Shown here piece after piece: positions 24,299 to 35,418 of a stretch of 64,000 nt of DNA. Every line of letters starts with the position of its first letter. Position 1 is the stretch's first letter. The notes beneath the pieces were generated by a model. The model ran no database searches. It was not told where the DNA came from and saw only the letters and a program-made list of their open reading frames with translations. Source of the stretch: Alphaproteobacteria bacterium (GTDB taxonomy: Bacteria > Pseudomonadota > Alphaproteobacteria > JAJTHO01 > CANGXP01). Location: assembly GCA_947457935.1 (NCBI GenBank), contig CANGXP010000004.1, positions 5,617 to 69,616 of the forward strand. Reading direction: 5' to 3'. The position numbers and the translations under genes are program-made.

Positions 24299-24829
24299 CT
24301 ACACCCGTTTCGCCAAAAATATCGCTGTCTTTGAGCCAGTGCGAATAACTTGCCGCAATAGCGGATAAAACGGGGCTTTTTTCCCCTCTTGCGCCTCTGC
24401 TGTGTCTTTGTGCTCCAGTTCTTCCGCGCGAAATTTTTGTAGTGTGGGAATAAGCGGGGAGGTGGGGTCATTCTTTTCTAAATCGGCGATTTGTTCTGCA
24501 TAATGCTCTTCAATCACTTCTTCCACCGCGATGGTGCACGCCATTGCCGCTTTTTTGCCCAGTAACGCCGTGCCTGCACCCAGAGCAAACCCTGCCACGT
24601 GCCACAAGGGATGTAACGCTGTGGGGCGCACGCGATGTTCAACAATCAGTTGATTAAAGGCATCAAGATGCACTTGTTCTTGGGCTTCCATATGCTGCAA
24701 GGTGGGCGCAATGTCCGTTTTGCCCAACACGGCAAGTTGCCCCCGATAGATACGCTTTGCACCATATTCACCCGCCTGATTGACGCGAATAAGCTGCTCG
24801 AGACGCTGTTTTTCAGAGAGATTTTGCAT
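24299..24829 (-). CDS. coq7: Demethoxyubiquinone hydroxylase (COQ7 family)
   Basis: IRVNQAGEYGA.RIY.GQ, E..H, AVEEVIEEHY, EE.EH di-iron ligands. Confidence 0.92.
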   Translation of the reverse strand: MQNLSEKQRLEQLIRVNQAGEYGAKRIYRGQLAVLGKTDIAPTLQHMEAQEQVHLDAFNQLIVEHRVRPTALHPLWHVAGFALGAGTALLGKKAAMACTIAVEEVIEEHYAEQIADLEKNDPTSPLIPTLQKFRAEELEHKDTAEAQEGKKAPFYPLLRQVIRTGSKTAIFLAKRV

Positions 24830-25289
24830 CTTTTTTCCTTCTAAAAAAGAAATAGAGACAGTGCCCCGCCAAAACAAGACTCAATACACTATTATAATTT
24901 GCCATACTCAAGCCGAACAGTTCCCACTGCACGGCATCACAGCGCACAATCGGCGCGGCGGCAAGGGCGGCACGAAGTTGTTCAATAGTTGTTGCAGTAA
25001 TACTTGAAGAACAACTGCTAAATCCTTGCCATAATTGCAATTCTATTCCACTATGAAAAATGGCTAAACCTGCACTGGCAACATATATACTCGCGCACAA
25101 CACAATATAAACACGCGCTTTTTGGGGGTAACAAAACCCTAAAAGAGCACTGAGCGCGGCGGCAACATAGACATATCGCGCGTGCATACACAAATCACAC
25201 GGCGACAATTGCAACAACCGTTGCAGACTCACCGCCAACAACAACAACAGGATGCAAACAAGCAAATGCGCTAAAAAAAACAGTTTCAT
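24813..25289 (-). CDS. dsbB: Disulfide bond formation protein B
   Basis: PCDLC...R, FH.G.E, second Cys pair, CD.VQW.LFGLSMA.YN. Confidence 0.85.
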   Translation of the reverse strand: MKLFFLAHLLVCILLLLLAVSLQRLLQLSPCDLCMHARYVYVAAALSALLGFCYPQKARVYIVLCASIYVASAGLAIFHSGIELQLWQGFSSCSSSITATTIEQLRAALAAAPIVRCDAVQWELFGLSMANYNSVLSLVLAGHCLYFFFRRKKDAKSL

Positions 25290-25448
25290 AATGTTATTTC
25301 AATTTGGCATTGACGATACCACAAAGCCGCTGCAAATGTCATGTATATCTATTGCACATGAAGAATGTGCAATATTTCGCTCAAACGCCGCGCGGGCTTA
25401 ATACTGCTCGCAATATTTCAATCTCCTCCAAGTGCGAGCAGTATAACA

Positions 25449-27650
25449 ATGATAGAAAAAAAACAATCCTCCTCGCGCCGTTTTAAGCTGTGGTTTTACA
25501 AAAGCCACATTAGCCAAAAGGTAAGCGTGTGGATTATTGCGCTTTCTGTGCTTGCGGTTATCGCCACCATTGGCATTTTTGCAGGCTTTCCGCCGCTGGG
25601 GCCTAAACCCAGCACTGTCATCATTATTGTGGCGATTGATAGCATTCTACTGCTCTCGCTTTCCATCATTGTTTTTAAACAAATTATTGAGCTGTGGGTT
25701 AAGCGGAAAAAGGGAATTAACGGCACAAAACTTTACTCTAGGTTGGTGATTTTATTCTCCCTGATTGCCGTCTCTCCCTCGGTCATTCTCGTCACGCTTT
25801 CCACGGTTTTTTTCAACTTCGGGATTGAACAGTGGTTCACCAAAAGGGTGACAACGGCGTTGCAAGAATCCCTTGAGGTTGCTGATGCGTATTTGCAAGA
25901 ACATCGCAACGCCATTCGCGGGGATGCGCTTGGCATGGCGAACGATTTGGGCAATCAAGCAACGCTGCTGGTGCAAGATGCCAATGCGTTTAGCAAAATG
26001 GTGCAAGGACAAATGGGCGCACGGGGCATTTCAGAAACCCTTATTTTTGATAGCCGTTTTAATATTATTGCGCGGGGATCGTATACGTTTACCCCGTTTG
26101 TGCCAAATATTCCCGAGGCAACCATGCGACTCGCGCGGGAAGGGGCGGTGATTGTGCTCAAAGAAAATGCTGCCGACACAGACCGTGTGTATGCCCTTGT
26201 GAAAATCCCGAATTTTGTGGATTCTTTTCTTTATGTGGGCAGACCTGTTGACCCCCGTGCTGTTTACCACGTTCAAAAAACCCGCGAAACCGTGGAAGCC
26301 TATCAACAGGTGGAACGTCACCGCACAAAGCTGCAAATCGCCATTTCTTTTTTGATTATTGTGATGGCATTATTGTTGTTGCTTGCCGCTGTGTGGGTGG
26401 GCTTGCTTATTGCCCATCGCTTGTTGATGCCCATTGCGGCAATGGCGGATGCAGCAGAAAAAATTGCGCAAGGAAATTTTGAGATTAAAATTCCGCTCAG
26501 TACACATCATGATGAACTTAGAACATTAACAGTTGCGTTTAACCGCATGGCAGGACAGCTTTCTACCCAAAGACAAAAACTTGTTGATACTAATGACCAG
26601 CTCGACAGCCGCCGCCGTTTTATGGAAGCCGTGCTTGCAGGGGTAAGTGCGGGCGTGATTGGGCTGGACGAGCACGGCAACGTGCAAGCAATAAACCCGC
26701 GTGCCCTCTCGCTGTTGGGCAAAACGGGGGCAGGGGATGATTTTGGCGCACCGATAGATGCGCTTTTCCCTGAGTGCCTTGATTTATTAAAAGAACTCTA
26801 CACCACAAACTCGCGTATTCGGGAACGCCAAATCACGATTATTCGCGGAAACATCCACAAAACTTTGTTTGTGCGGGTGGCAGCAGAGTATGACGAAACG
26901 GACGTTGTGGGATATGTCATCACCTACGATGACATGACAGATTTTATTCGTGCCGAGAAAACAGCGGCATGGAGTGACGTTGCGCGTCGTCTTGCCCACG
27001 AAATTAAAAACCCGCTCACCCCCATTCAGCTCTCTGCAGAACGATTAGAACGTCGTTTTCTCAAGCAAGTCACGGCAGAAGAAGGGGAAGTTTTCAGCCA
27101 ATGCACCCGCACCATCATCAGACAAGTTGAAGACTTACAACGGCTTGTTGATGAATTTTCGTCTTTTGCGCGAATGCCAACCCCGAAAAAAATCAAAGAA
27201 GATTTCACGCAACTGTGCCGCGATATGCTTGCGTTGCAACAAAGTGCCCACCCAGAAATACACTATGTTTTTAACGCACCTGATACGCCGTTATTATGGT
27301 TTTATGATGGCGGCATGATGCGCCAAGCATTAACAAATTTACTTAAGAATGCCGCAGAAGCTATTGAAGAAAAACGAAAAACTTCGGAAATTTCTGGAGA
27401 AATTATGTTGACCTGTACACAGGACACCAACACCCTTACGCTCACCTTAGATGACAACGGCAACGGCTTAACGCAAGATGACCCCGAGAAATTATTAGAG
27501 CCATATGTTACCACAAAAACCAAAGGCACAGGCTTGGGTTTAGCGATTGTCAAAAAAATAGTTGAAGAACACGACGGAATTTTGAAAATAGAGGCTCGCC
27601 AACCACACGGCGTTAGGGTAACACTGTTGCTGAAAAACAGTACACTATAA
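25449..27650 (+). CDS. ntrY: NtrY sensor histidine kinase
   Basis: HAMP/PAS domains, AWSDVARRLAHEIKNPLTP, GTGLGL; upstream of ntrX. Confidence 0.93.
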   Translation: MIEKKQSSSRRFKLWFYKSHISQKVSVWIIALSVLAVIATIGIFAGFPPLGPKPSTVIIIVAIDSILLLSLSIIVFKQIIELWVKRKKGINGTKLYSRLVILFSLIAVSPSVILVTLSTVFFNFGIEQWFTKRVTTALQESLEVADAYLQEHRNAIRGDALGMANDLGNQATLLVQDANAFSKMVQGQMGARGISETLIFDSRFNIIARGSYTFTPFVPNIPEATMRLAREGAVIVLKENAADTDRVYALVKIPNFVDSFLYVGRPVDPRAVYHVQKTRETVEAYQQVERHRTKLQIAISFLIIVMALLLLLAAVWVGLLIAHRLLMPIAAMADAAEKIAQGNFEIKIPLSTHHDELRTLTVAFNRMAGQLSTQRQKLVDTNDQLDSRRRFMEAVLAGVSAGVIGLDEHGNVQAINPRALSLLGKTGAGDDFGAPIDALFPECLDLLKELYTTNSRIRERQITIIRGNIHKTLFVRVAAEYDETDVVGYVITYDDMTDFIRAEKTAAWSDVARRLAHEIKNPLTPIQLSAERLERRFLKQVTAEEGEVFSQCTRTIIRQVEDLQRLVDEFSSFARMPTPKKIKEDFTQLCRDMLALQQSAHPEIHYVFNAPDTPLLWFYDGGMMRQALTNLLKNAAEAIEEKRKTSEISGEIMLTCTQDTNTLTLTLDDNGNGLTQDDPEKLLEPYVTTKTKGTGLGLAIVKKIVEEHDGILKIEARQPHGVRVTLLLKNSTL

Positions 27651-27681
27651 TAAAATACGACTTACGCGAAAGGATGACGAC

Positions 27682-29085
27682 ATGCTGCATGACATTTTAG
27701 TTGTTGACGATGAGAGCGATATTCGAGAACAAATCAAGGGCATCCTTGGCGATGAAGGGCTTGAAGCACGCACCGCTGCAAACAGCGAGGACGCGCTAAA
27801 GTGCATCCATGAACGCTTACCCAGCCTTATCATTCTCGATATTTGGCTACAAAACAGCAAAATGGATGGGCTGGAGCTTCTTTCCGCGATTAAAAAAGAA
27901 TCGCCGCAAATCCCCATTATTATGATTAGCGGACACGGCACCATTGAAACCGCCATTAGTGCGCTAAAAAAGGGTGCAGTCGATTTTATTGAAAAACCTT
28001 TCAAAACCGACCGACTGTTACTTGTCATTAACCGCACTTTAGAAGCAGAAAAATTGCGCAAAGAAAATGCAGAATTGCGCCTCAGAAGCAGCAGTGATGA
28101 GGAAATGGTCGGGCAATCCCCCGCCATGCAGCAGCTTCGTCAATCTGTTGAAAGAGTTGCGCCCACCAACAGCCGCGTGATGATTACAGGCGAGGCAGGA
28201 TCGGGGAAAGAAATTGTCGCCCGTGCCATCCATGCAAAATCTAAACGTGCTCAATCGCCGTTTGTGGTGGTGAATTGTGCCCTCATGACCCCTGATAAAT
28301 TAGAAGTAGAACTCTTCGGCACCGAACCGGGGTATATCAGCGGGCAACCGCGCAAAGTGGGTGTGTTTGAAATAGCGCATAAAGGCACACTATTGCTGGA
28401 TGAAGTGGCGGACATGCCACTGGAGACGCAAGGAAAAATCCTCCGTATTCTACAAGAACAAAAATTTACACGGGTGGGCGGCAACGCACCAGTGCAAGTG
28501 GATGTGCGCGTCATGGCAGCCAGCAACAAAGATCTTGCGCGCGAAATTTCCGCAGGACGCTTGCGCCAAGATTTGTTTTATCGCCTGAGTGTCGTGCCGA
28601 TTGCCGTGCCGTCTCTTAAAGAACGCCGTGAGGATATTTCCAAACTGGCGAGTTACTTTATCAACAAAGCCTCGAAAGCAGCAGGCGTTCCAGCACGGCT
28701 ATTATCGCAAGATGCTGTTGCCGCCCTGCAATCCTATCCATGGCCGGGGAATGTGCGGCAATTAAAGAATGCGATGGAATGGTTGCTGATTATGGCATCA
28801 GGTAGCCCGAAAGACCTTGTGACCACAGAAATGTTGCCGCCTGAGCTATACGGCAGTGCGCCACCCTTGTTAAAAACAGAGCGCAACGATGAAATTATGA
28901 CACTCCCGTTGCGGGATGCCCGCGAGTTGTTTGAAAAGCAATACCTCCTTGCCCAAGTCACCCGTTTTGGCGGAAATATTTCAAAAACCGCTACGTTTGT
29001 GGGGATGGAGCGTTCTGCGCTGCACCGCAAACTGAAAAGTTTAGGCGTATATCAACCAGAAAAATCTGAAAGAGAAGCGGCGTAA
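27682..29085 (+). CDS. ntrX: NtrX response regulator (REC-AAA+-HTH)
   Basis: LDIWL receiver, GEAGSGKE, no GAFTGA, MERSALHRKLK. Confidence 0.95.
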   Translation: MLHDILVVDDESDIREQIKGILGDEGLEARTAANSEDALKCIHERLPSLIILDIWLQNSKMDGLELLSAIKKESPQIPIIMISGHGTIETAISALKKGAVDFIEKPFKTDRLLLVINRTLEAEKLRKENAELRLRSSSDEEMVGQSPAMQQLRQSVERVAPTNSRVMITGEAGSGKEIVARAIHAKSKRAQSPFVVVNCALMTPDKLEVELFGTEPGYISGQPRKVGVFEIAHKGTLLLDEVADMPLETQGKILRILQEQKFTRVGGNAPVQVDVRVMAASNKDLAREISAGRLRQDLFYRLSVVPIAVPSLKERREDISKLASYFINKASKAAGVPARLLSQDAVAALQSYPWPGNVRQLKNAMEWLLIMASGSPKDLVTTEMLPPELYGSAPPLLKTERNDEIMTLPLRDARELFEKQYLLAQVTRFGGNISKTATFVGMERSALHRKLKSLGVYQPEKSEREAA

Positions 29086-29086
29086 A

Positions 29087-29935
29087 ATGGCGCGAATTAC
29101 ATATGTGAATGGGGCATACTTGCCGCATGACAGGGCAGGGGTGCATATTGAAGATAGAGGCTTTCAATTTGCCGATGGCATTTATGAGGTGGTGCAGGTT
29201 GCGAACGGGATTATTGTTGATTTAGACTGGCATCTAGACCGTTTTGAATACTCCCTAAACGAGCTTAAAATCCCGATGCCGATGACACGCGCCGCTCTCA
29301 TGGTGGTGATGAAAAACATCATCGCCAAGAACTATCTCCCCTATGGCGTTGTGTATATGCAAGTCACACGCGGCGTTGCAAAGCGTGATTTTGCTTTTCC
29401 TAGGGACGTACAGCCTAGTCTTGTTGTGGTTGCCATGCGGATGAAACCGTGGCCAGATGCGATGATAGAGAATGGGGTGAAAGTTATAACTCTGCCCGAT
29501 ATTCGCTGGAAACGCTGTGATATTAAATCCGTCTCGTTGCTTGCGCCTGTGTTGGGCAAACAACAAGCCAAAGAAGCAGGCGCGTTTGAAGGCTGGATGG
29601 TGGATGAAAACGGGTTTATCACCGAAGGCACATCCAGCAACGCGTTTATTGTCACGAAAGATAAGGAAATTATCACCCGCGCTAAAGACCATCGGATTTT
29701 GGGCGGCATCACTCGTGCTAGATTGCTCGTCATCGCCCAAGAGCACGGCTATATACTTAAGGAACGTCTCTTCACGGTTGCGGAAGCCAAAGCCTCCTCT
29801 GAGGCGTTTATAAGCAGCAGTAGCACGTTTGTTATGCCTGTGGTGCAGATTGATGACGCTGTTGTGGGTGATGGCAAAGTGGGGGCTATTTCCAAAGCAC
29901 TCCGCAAGGCGTATCGGGAGTTTGCGGGGATATGA
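29087..29935 (+). CDS. dat: D-amino-acid aminotransferase (PLP class IV)
   Basis: EDRGFQFADGIYEV, RCDIKS, EGTSSN, LGGITR. Confidence 0.9.
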   Translation: MARITYVNGAYLPHDRAGVHIEDRGFQFADGIYEVVQVANGIIVDLDWHLDRFEYSLNELKIPMPMTRAALMVVMKNIIAKNYLPYGVVYMQVTRGVAKRDFAFPRDVQPSLVVVAMRMKPWPDAMIENGVKVITLPDIRWKRCDIKSVSLLAPVLGKQQAKEAGAFEGWMVDENGFITEGTSSNAFIVTKDKEIITRAKDHRILGGITRARLLVIAQEHGYILKERLFTVAEAKASSEAFISSSSTFVMPVVQIDDAVVGDGKVGAISKALRKAYREFAGI

Positions 29936-29945
29936 AGAGAGAGGG

Positions 29946-30047
29946 GATAGGCACGAGGCACGAGGCACGAGGGGAAAAAGGAAGTAATCTAAAAACTTTC
30001 TTCTTGCAATTCCTCATGCCTCGTGCCTCGTGCCTCGTGCCCCTATC
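29946..30047. repeat. Intergenic heptamer-tandem hairpin, same family as the carB insert
   Basis: gataggcacgaggcacgaggcacgagg ... cctcatgcctcgtgcctcgtgcctcgtgcccctatc. Confidence 0.9.
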
Positions 30048-30059
30048 AGGGTGTTGCTG

Positions 30060-30749
30060 ATGCTTTCTGTTTTGCCTCCCATTCCCACCGCCATCCTCTT
30101 CGACTGGGACAATACGCTGGTTGACACCCTCCCCGTGATTCATGCCGCCGTGAATGCAGCGTTTGCGGCGATTAACAAGCCATTATGGACGTTAGAGCAA
30201 ACGCGCATCGGTATTCACCGTTCAGGGCGCGATGCAAGAGAGCATTTGTATGGCGATCAATGGCAAATCGCCGAGCCTATTTTTTACAAAGTTTTCAAAG
30301 AGCAGCACTTGGCGCAACTCACCCCCATGGAAGCGGAAACAGCGGCGACATTACAAAAATTACAACACTATCCTTTGTTTTTAGGGGTGGTGAGTAACAA
30401 ACGGGGCGATACCTTGCGAACAGAAGCCGCACATTTAGGGTGGACAAACTATTTCCAGCGGATTTTGGGAGCAACAGATGCAGCACACGATAAGCCAGAC
30501 CCCGCGCCCGTGCATAAAATACTGGAAAATACAGGACTAACGCCTTCAAAAGGCATCTGGTTTGTGGGCGATAGCATTTCTGATATGCATTGCGCCCATA
30601 ATGCAGGGCTTACCGCTGTGTTGTATAAGACACACCCAACGGCAGAAGAAATCGTAAAACCCTATTCTCCCGATTTTTCTATCGAAAAATTGCCTGAGTT
30701 AACCAAAATTTTAGACCAGATGGGTTTACATAGCACAGACGCGCTATAA
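30060..30749 (+). CDS. HAD-family hydrolase (phosphoglycolate phosphatase-like)
   Basis: FDWDNTLVD, VSNK, KPDP, VGDS.SD. Confidence 0.88.
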   Translation: MLSVLPPIPTAILFDWDNTLVDTLPVIHAAVNAAFAAINKPLWTLEQTRIGIHRSGRDAREHLYGDQWQIAEPIFYKVFKEQHLAQLTPMEAETAATLQKLQHYPLFLGVVSNKRGDTLRTEAAHLGWTNYFQRILGATDAAHDKPDPAPVHKILENTGLTPSKGIWFVGDSISDMHCAHNAGLTAVLYKTHPTAEEIVKPYSPDFSIEKLPELTKILDQMGLHSTDAL

Positions 30750-30810
30750 TTAGTTGCGTCAGTATCGTGTTTCGCGATACTATATGTCTATAATAAGAAA
30801 AAGGTACGAT

Positions 30811-31086
30811 ATGGCTGGCGAGAAAAATAACTTACAAGATGTGTTTTTAAATCATCTTAGAAAAAACAAAGTCCCTGTGACCGTGTTCCTTGTGAATGGC
30901 GTTAAACTACAGGGCAATATTACATGGTTTGATAATTTCTCGATGTTGCTGCGCCGCGATGCCTATGTGCAGCTTGTCTATAAGCACGCAATTTCCACGA
31001 TTATGCCTGTAACCCCTATTCAGCTTTTTGAAGGCGATGGCGGCAAGGGCGAAGAAGGCTCAACAGAGGGTGAAGCCACTGCTTAA
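30811..31086 (+). CDS. hfq: RNA chaperone Hfq
   Basis: [29 protein letters not shown]. Confidence 0.98.
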   Translation: MAGEKNNLQDVFLNHLRKNKVPVTVFLVNGVKLQGNITWFDNFSMLLRRDAYVQLVYKHAISTIMPVTPIQLFEGDGGKGEEGSTEGEATA

Positions 31087-32359
31087 ATCTACGGCCGCTG
31101 TTATCTGCCCCATTCTAAAAGGCGACATTACCGAAAAGCGTTTGCCTGAACATCGTCTTGAAGAGGCGGTGCGCCTTGCACAGGCGATTGACCTTACTGT
31201 TGTCTTTCAACAATGCTATAATCTCAGCCGTTATCGCCCGTCCCATTTATTGGGGGAAGGGGTGGTTGAGGAATTGCACGCGCTTGTTGAAGAGCAGAAA
31301 ATCACGGTGGTGATTGTGGATGCAACCGTATCCCCCGTGCAACAGCGCAACTTGGAACGCGCTTTGGGCTGCAAAGTCATTGACCGCACGGGGTTAATTC
31401 TAGAAATTTTCGGCAAACGCGCACAAACCTTTGAAGGAAAATTGCAGGTAGAACTTGCCGCCCTTTCTTATCAAAAAAGCCGTTTAGTTCGCTCATGGAC
31501 GCACCTTGAACGGCAACGGGGCGGATTCGGTTTCCTTGGCGGGCCGGGGGAAAGCCAAATTGAATTAGACAGACGAATTATTGGCGACCGCATCACAAAA
31601 ATCAAAAAAGACCTCGACGGCGTGAAGCGCACACGCGGCATTCAACGCGGAGCACGTCAAAAAGTCCCGTATCCTGTGGTGGCATTGGTGGGCTATACCA
31701 ATGCGGGAAAATCAACGCTTTTCAATGCGTTATCACACGCAACCGTGCTCGCAAAAGACATGCTGTTTGCAACGCTTGACCCCACCATGCGCGCAATTAC
31801 TTTGCCATCAGGGCAAAAAATTATTGCCTCCGACACGGTGGGATTCATTTCTCATCTGCCCACTACGCTGGTAACGGCGTTTCGCGCCACGTTGGAAGAA
31901 GTGTTGGCGGCAGACGTGATTTTGCACGTTCGCGACATTGCTCACCTTGAAACAGAGCAGCAAAAACAAGATGTACTCTCTATTTTGCGGGATATTGGCA
32001 TTGACGAGGAAATTTTAGAACATCGTCTGATTGAGGTGTGGAATAAAAGCGATTTACTCCCCACTAACGCTAAAAAAGCCCTGAACGTCAAAGCAAAAAA
32101 TGCTGCGTTTTGCATCGCCGTTTCAGCGCGAACAGGGGAGGGCATCGCCGCCTTAAGTGAAGCGATTGAGCAACGCTGCACCAAAAATTGGCACACCCTC
32201 ACCGTCAATATTCCGCACGATAACGGGGCAGCGTTCGCATGGCTGCATCAGCATGGTAAAATTTTAAAATCCCGCACCGCGCAAAAACACACCCGCCTCA
32301 CCGTCCAACTCTCCCCGCAGAACCTAAAGCGATGGGAAAGTGGAGCCGAAAATTCTTGA
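31028..32359 (+). CDS. hflX: GTPase HflX (true start probably slightly downstream)
   Basis: [25 protein letters not shown]; follows hfq. Confidence 0.95.
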   Translation: MKAMAARAKKAQQRVKPLLKSTAAVICPILKGDITEKRLPEHRLEEAVRLAQAIDLTVVFQQCYNLSRYRPSHLLGEGVVEELHALVEEQKITVVIVDATVSPVQQRNLERALGCKVIDRTGLILEIFGKRAQTFEGKLQVELAALSYQKSRLVRSWTHLERQRGGFGFLGGPGESQIELDRRIIGDRITKIKKDLDGVKRTRGIQRGARQKVPYPVVALVGYTNAGKSTLFNALSHATVLAKDMLFATLDPTMRAITLPSGQKIIASDTVGFISHLPTTLVTAFRATLEEVLAADVILHVRDIAHLETEQQKQDVLSILRDIGIDEEILEHRLIEVWNKSDLLPTNAKKALNVKAKNAAFCIAVSARTGEGIAALSEAIEQRCTKNWHTLTVNIPHDNGAAFAWLHQHGKILKSRTAQKHTRLTVQLSPQNLKRWESGAENS

Positions 32360-32424
32360 ATATGGGTGTGTTCCCTTCTACCATAGTTTAGCAATAAACT
32401 GACCTGCTAGGAAACACGCATAAC

Positions 32425-33708
32425 ATGAAGAAATTTTCCTACAAAATTGATTTTCAATACTTTTTATCAGAAGATGCATTGCTGCAATGTGCATTATTGC
32501 TCATAAGTTTGCTGCTCGGCATGGCGTTACGCACCGTGGTGCAACGGTATGATAAGACACACCAAAATGCAAAAAACCCCTTAAAAATTCTTGCGATTGT
32601 GCCCTTTATTGTGCCACTCGTTAGCACGGTGCTGATTGCTGTTTTTAGTACGGTTTTAGAGCAATCGGGTATTGCACCAAAAATCCTTAGTCCCGCACAA
32701 CAGTTGGTATTTGGCTGGATTGCGGTTATCAGCATTCGGCGTATCACGGAAAGCCAAGCGGCAACATGGTTTTCAGGACTCATCATTTTGCCCGTCACCC
32801 TGATGCATGTTGTGGGTATTTGGGGCTACCTTGTTAAATACTTGAATAGTCTTTCTTTTGCGGTGGGGGATAGCACCGTCACACTCTACCGCTTTCTCTC
32901 AACGCTGGTGGCATTGGTTGCGCTACTGTGGCTTGCAAAAAGTCTTACGCATAGTTTTGAAACGCGCCTCAAAAAAACCAAAACCGTGCGTGCCAGCACC
33001 CGTGCGTTGATTATTAAAATCACGCAAATTTTTTCGTATATCGTTATTTTTCTTTTCACGCTTGATAGTGTGGGCGTGGATTTAAGCGTGCTTGCCGTCT
33101 TCGGGGGCGCATTGGGGGTAGGGCTTGGGTTTGGCTTGCAAAAAGTTGCCTCCAATTTTATCAGCGGGATTATTTTGCTGTTTGAAAAATCTATTGAACC
33201 CGAAGATTTAATTGAACTCAGCGATGGCACAACAGGCACGGTGAAGCACACAGGCGCACGCTACACCCTTCTTGAAACCATTGATGGACGCGAGATTCTT
33301 GTTCCCAATGAAGATTTTATCGTGCAACGCGTTACCAACTGGACATACAGCAACAAAATTGCCCGTGTTGAAATCGCCGTTGGCGTTGCCTATGATAGTG
33401 ATTTTAACAAGGTCAAAGAAATTTTGCTTACCGCCGCACAGCAGCACCCGCTCTGCTCTAAGAAAACGAAACCTAATGCTTTTTTGCGCACTTTCGGTGA
33501 TAGTGCCGCAAACTTCGTACTGTATTTCTGGATTGATGATGTAACCAATGGTCGCCTAGAGCCACAAAGCGATGTGATGCTGGCTATTTGGCAGCGTTTT
33601 CAGGAAGAGGGAATCAAAATACCTGTCCCACCAAGAGAATATCAACTAAGACTTGCGAATATGGACACTGTAGATATTCCACCAAATCCAAAGAAACCTC
33701 TGGGGTAA
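32425..33708 (+). CDS. MscS-family mechanosensitive channel
   Basis: GALGVGLGFGLQ.VASNFISG, VPNE, VGVAY. Confidence 0.9.
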   Translation: MKKFSYKIDFQYFLSEDALLQCALLLISLLLGMALRTVVQRYDKTHQNAKNPLKILAIVPFIVPLVSTVLIAVFSTVLEQSGIAPKILSPAQQLVFGWIAVISIRRITESQAATWFSGLIILPVTLMHVVGIWGYLVKYLNSLSFAVGDSTVTLYRFLSTLVALVALLWLAKSLTHSFETRLKKTKTVRASTRALIIKITQIFSYIVIFLFTLDSVGVDLSVLAVFGGALGVGLGFGLQKVASNFISGIILLFEKSIEPEDLIELSDGTTGTVKHTGARYTLLETIDGREILVPNEDFIVQRVTNWTYSNKIARVEIAVGVAYDSDFNKVKEILLTAAQQHPLCSKKTKPNAFLRTFGDSAANFVLYFWIDDVTNGRLEPQSDVMLAIWQRFQEEGIKIPVPPREYQLRLANMDTVDIPPNPKKPLG

Positions 33709-33798
33709 TATTTCATAAATAATTGCTCTTGATGCCGCATACTTTGTATTATAATATTAATTTATCACTATTCTCACCACTTATAATGGAACCTTTCA

Positions 33799-34545
33799 AT
33801 GTTCGTTGCTGTTTTGCGTGCTTGTTGTGTTGTTTTAATGCTCTCTGCCTGTGTAACGGTGCCACCGCCTATACCTAAACAGAACGTTTATAATTTGGAT
33901 AAAAAAACAGCACCCTTAGTATCGAAAGACTATGGTATTCTGGTTGCAAAAACAACGGGAGATCAGGGTGGGGTTTCGTATATAACTTTCAAGCCTTATG
34001 ATCGAGCCAGCAACAAATTCATACCGATTAACGAAGATCCAAACATAAAAACCGCAGACCTCCCCTTGCAAAAAGGGGATAGAAGCTTTCGCTTTGAGCC
34101 AACTGATGATGGCTATCAAGTAATTGCCCTTAAACCAGGCTATTATGTTATAGAACGTATTCTTTTGGGAGATTTTTCGGCAACAGGCGGTGTTCACCCT
34201 GTTACTCATAAGCCGTTATATGGAGGATTTGAAATACAAGCGGGTGAACTGCTTTACATAGGGGATATTCATCTTACGACGGATAGATTAGGTTACAAAA
34301 ATCCAAAGATGATCTCCGAGCAACAAAGTCCGCTGGGCATGCTAATCGGAGTCGTGGTGTATGCTGCGACACATACCTTCACAGATGATGATTTTGCGTT
34401 GGGGGTTGTCAACGACACCGCAGCTGCAAAAAATCATGTTGCGACAAATATTCCCATGATGATGCGACCTTTGGTGTATCGTCCTCTCACCCTAGGATAC
34501 TACGCACACCAAAATCATGGCAGTAATTCAAAAGAAAAGTTTTAG
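33799..34545 (+). CDS. Hypothetical lipoprotein
   Basis: Lipobox LSAC; LKPGYY and GELLYIGD beta-rich motifs. Confidence 0.65.
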   Translation: MFVAVLRACCVVLMLSACVTVPPPIPKQNVYNLDKKTAPLVSKDYGILVAKTTGDQGGVSYITFKPYDRASNKFIPINEDPNIKTADLPLQKGDRSFRFEPTDDGYQVIALKPGYYVIERILLGDFSATGGVHPVTHKPLYGGFEIQAGELLYIGDIHLTTDRLGYKNPKMISEQQSPLGMLIGVVVYAATHTFTDDDFALGVVNDTAAAKNHVATNIPMMMRPLVYRPLTLGYYAHQNHGSNSKEKF

Positions 34546-34725
34546 GTTGTGCCATTAACCAAAACAGTTGCATTATTGCAATGCCTCTCAAAATTTGATA
34601 CTAGCATTTGTGATGAAATGTTGTATAAGTTCGTGAAAGTCTAGAAAATCAAAGTATGAGGGCTATGCATCTGTGTGCAGCCTCCGTCGCAAAATTAGAA
34701 AATATCAAACATAAGGGTTATTGAG

Positions 34726-35334
34726 ATGAATTTATCTTCCTCTATCAAATCGGGCGTTTATGCCGCAGCAATCAGCGTATTCATGGCAGGCAGCGCATTT
34801 GCTCAAAACACCAACGATGCAATTTACGACAAAAACAACACGCACGTTCTCGATACCCGTGGTAATTGCGTGCGTAGTGCCAATCAATTAAATGCTACCG
34901 ATGCTTGCGGTACAGCGACAGCTGTTGCAGCAGCAGCAGAAACAACACGCGGCGTTGCAGACCTCAACAAAGAAGAACTGGTTGTTTATTTTGATTTCGA
35001 CAAGTCTTTCCTCAAAGCATCTGAAAAAGAAAAGCTAGACCGTCTTGCGCAAATCTTAAAAGAAGCAAAAGAAGTGTCTGGCGCGAAAGTTATCGGCTAT
35101 GCTGACCCCATTGGTACACCAAAATACAACGTGGCATTGTCTGAAAGACGCGCAGCAGCTGTTGAAGCATACCTCAATGGCAAAGGCTACCAAAACACCG
35201 AACTCGCTTCTGTTCAAGGTTTGGGCGAAACCAATGCATATGCACGGTGTGAAGGCGTGAAAAAACGCGCTTCTCTCATCAAGTGCTTTTGGCCAAACCG
35301 TCGCGTAGAAGTGTCTTTGGAATACAAAAAGTAA
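34726..35334 (+). CDS. OmpA-like peptidoglycan-binding protein
   Basis: Signal peptide, YFDFDK, GYAD..G...YN..LSERRA, NRRVE. Confidence 0.92.
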   Translation: MNLSSSIKSGVYAAAISVFMAGSAFAQNTNDAIYDKNNTHVLDTRGNCVRSANQLNATDACGTATAVAAAAETTRGVADLNKEELVVYFDFDKSFLKASEKEKLDRLAQILKEAKEVSGAKVIGYADPIGTPKYNVALSERRAAAVEAYLNGKGYQNTELASVQGLGETNAYARCEGVKKRASLIKCFWPNRRVEVSLEYKK

Positions 35335-35374
35335 CTTTTACAAAACGCTTGTGAAATATAGGACAAAATATAAG

Positions 35375-35403
35375 AAGGGCGGTACATCAGTATCGCCCTT
35401 TTT
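35375..35403 (+). terminator. Probable rho-independent terminator
   Basis: AAGGGCGGTAC-atca-GTATCGCCCTT followed by a T run. Confidence 0.6.
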
Positions 35404-35418
35404 CCATGGAATATCTGT

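Noticed and set aside
30030-30059. N-terminal extension of the HAD hydrolase (also glmU 37172-37255, cysQ 49499-49696, eno 6394-6480)
   Set aside because: Longest-ORF artefacts running into repeats or upstream genes; better ATGs lie downstream
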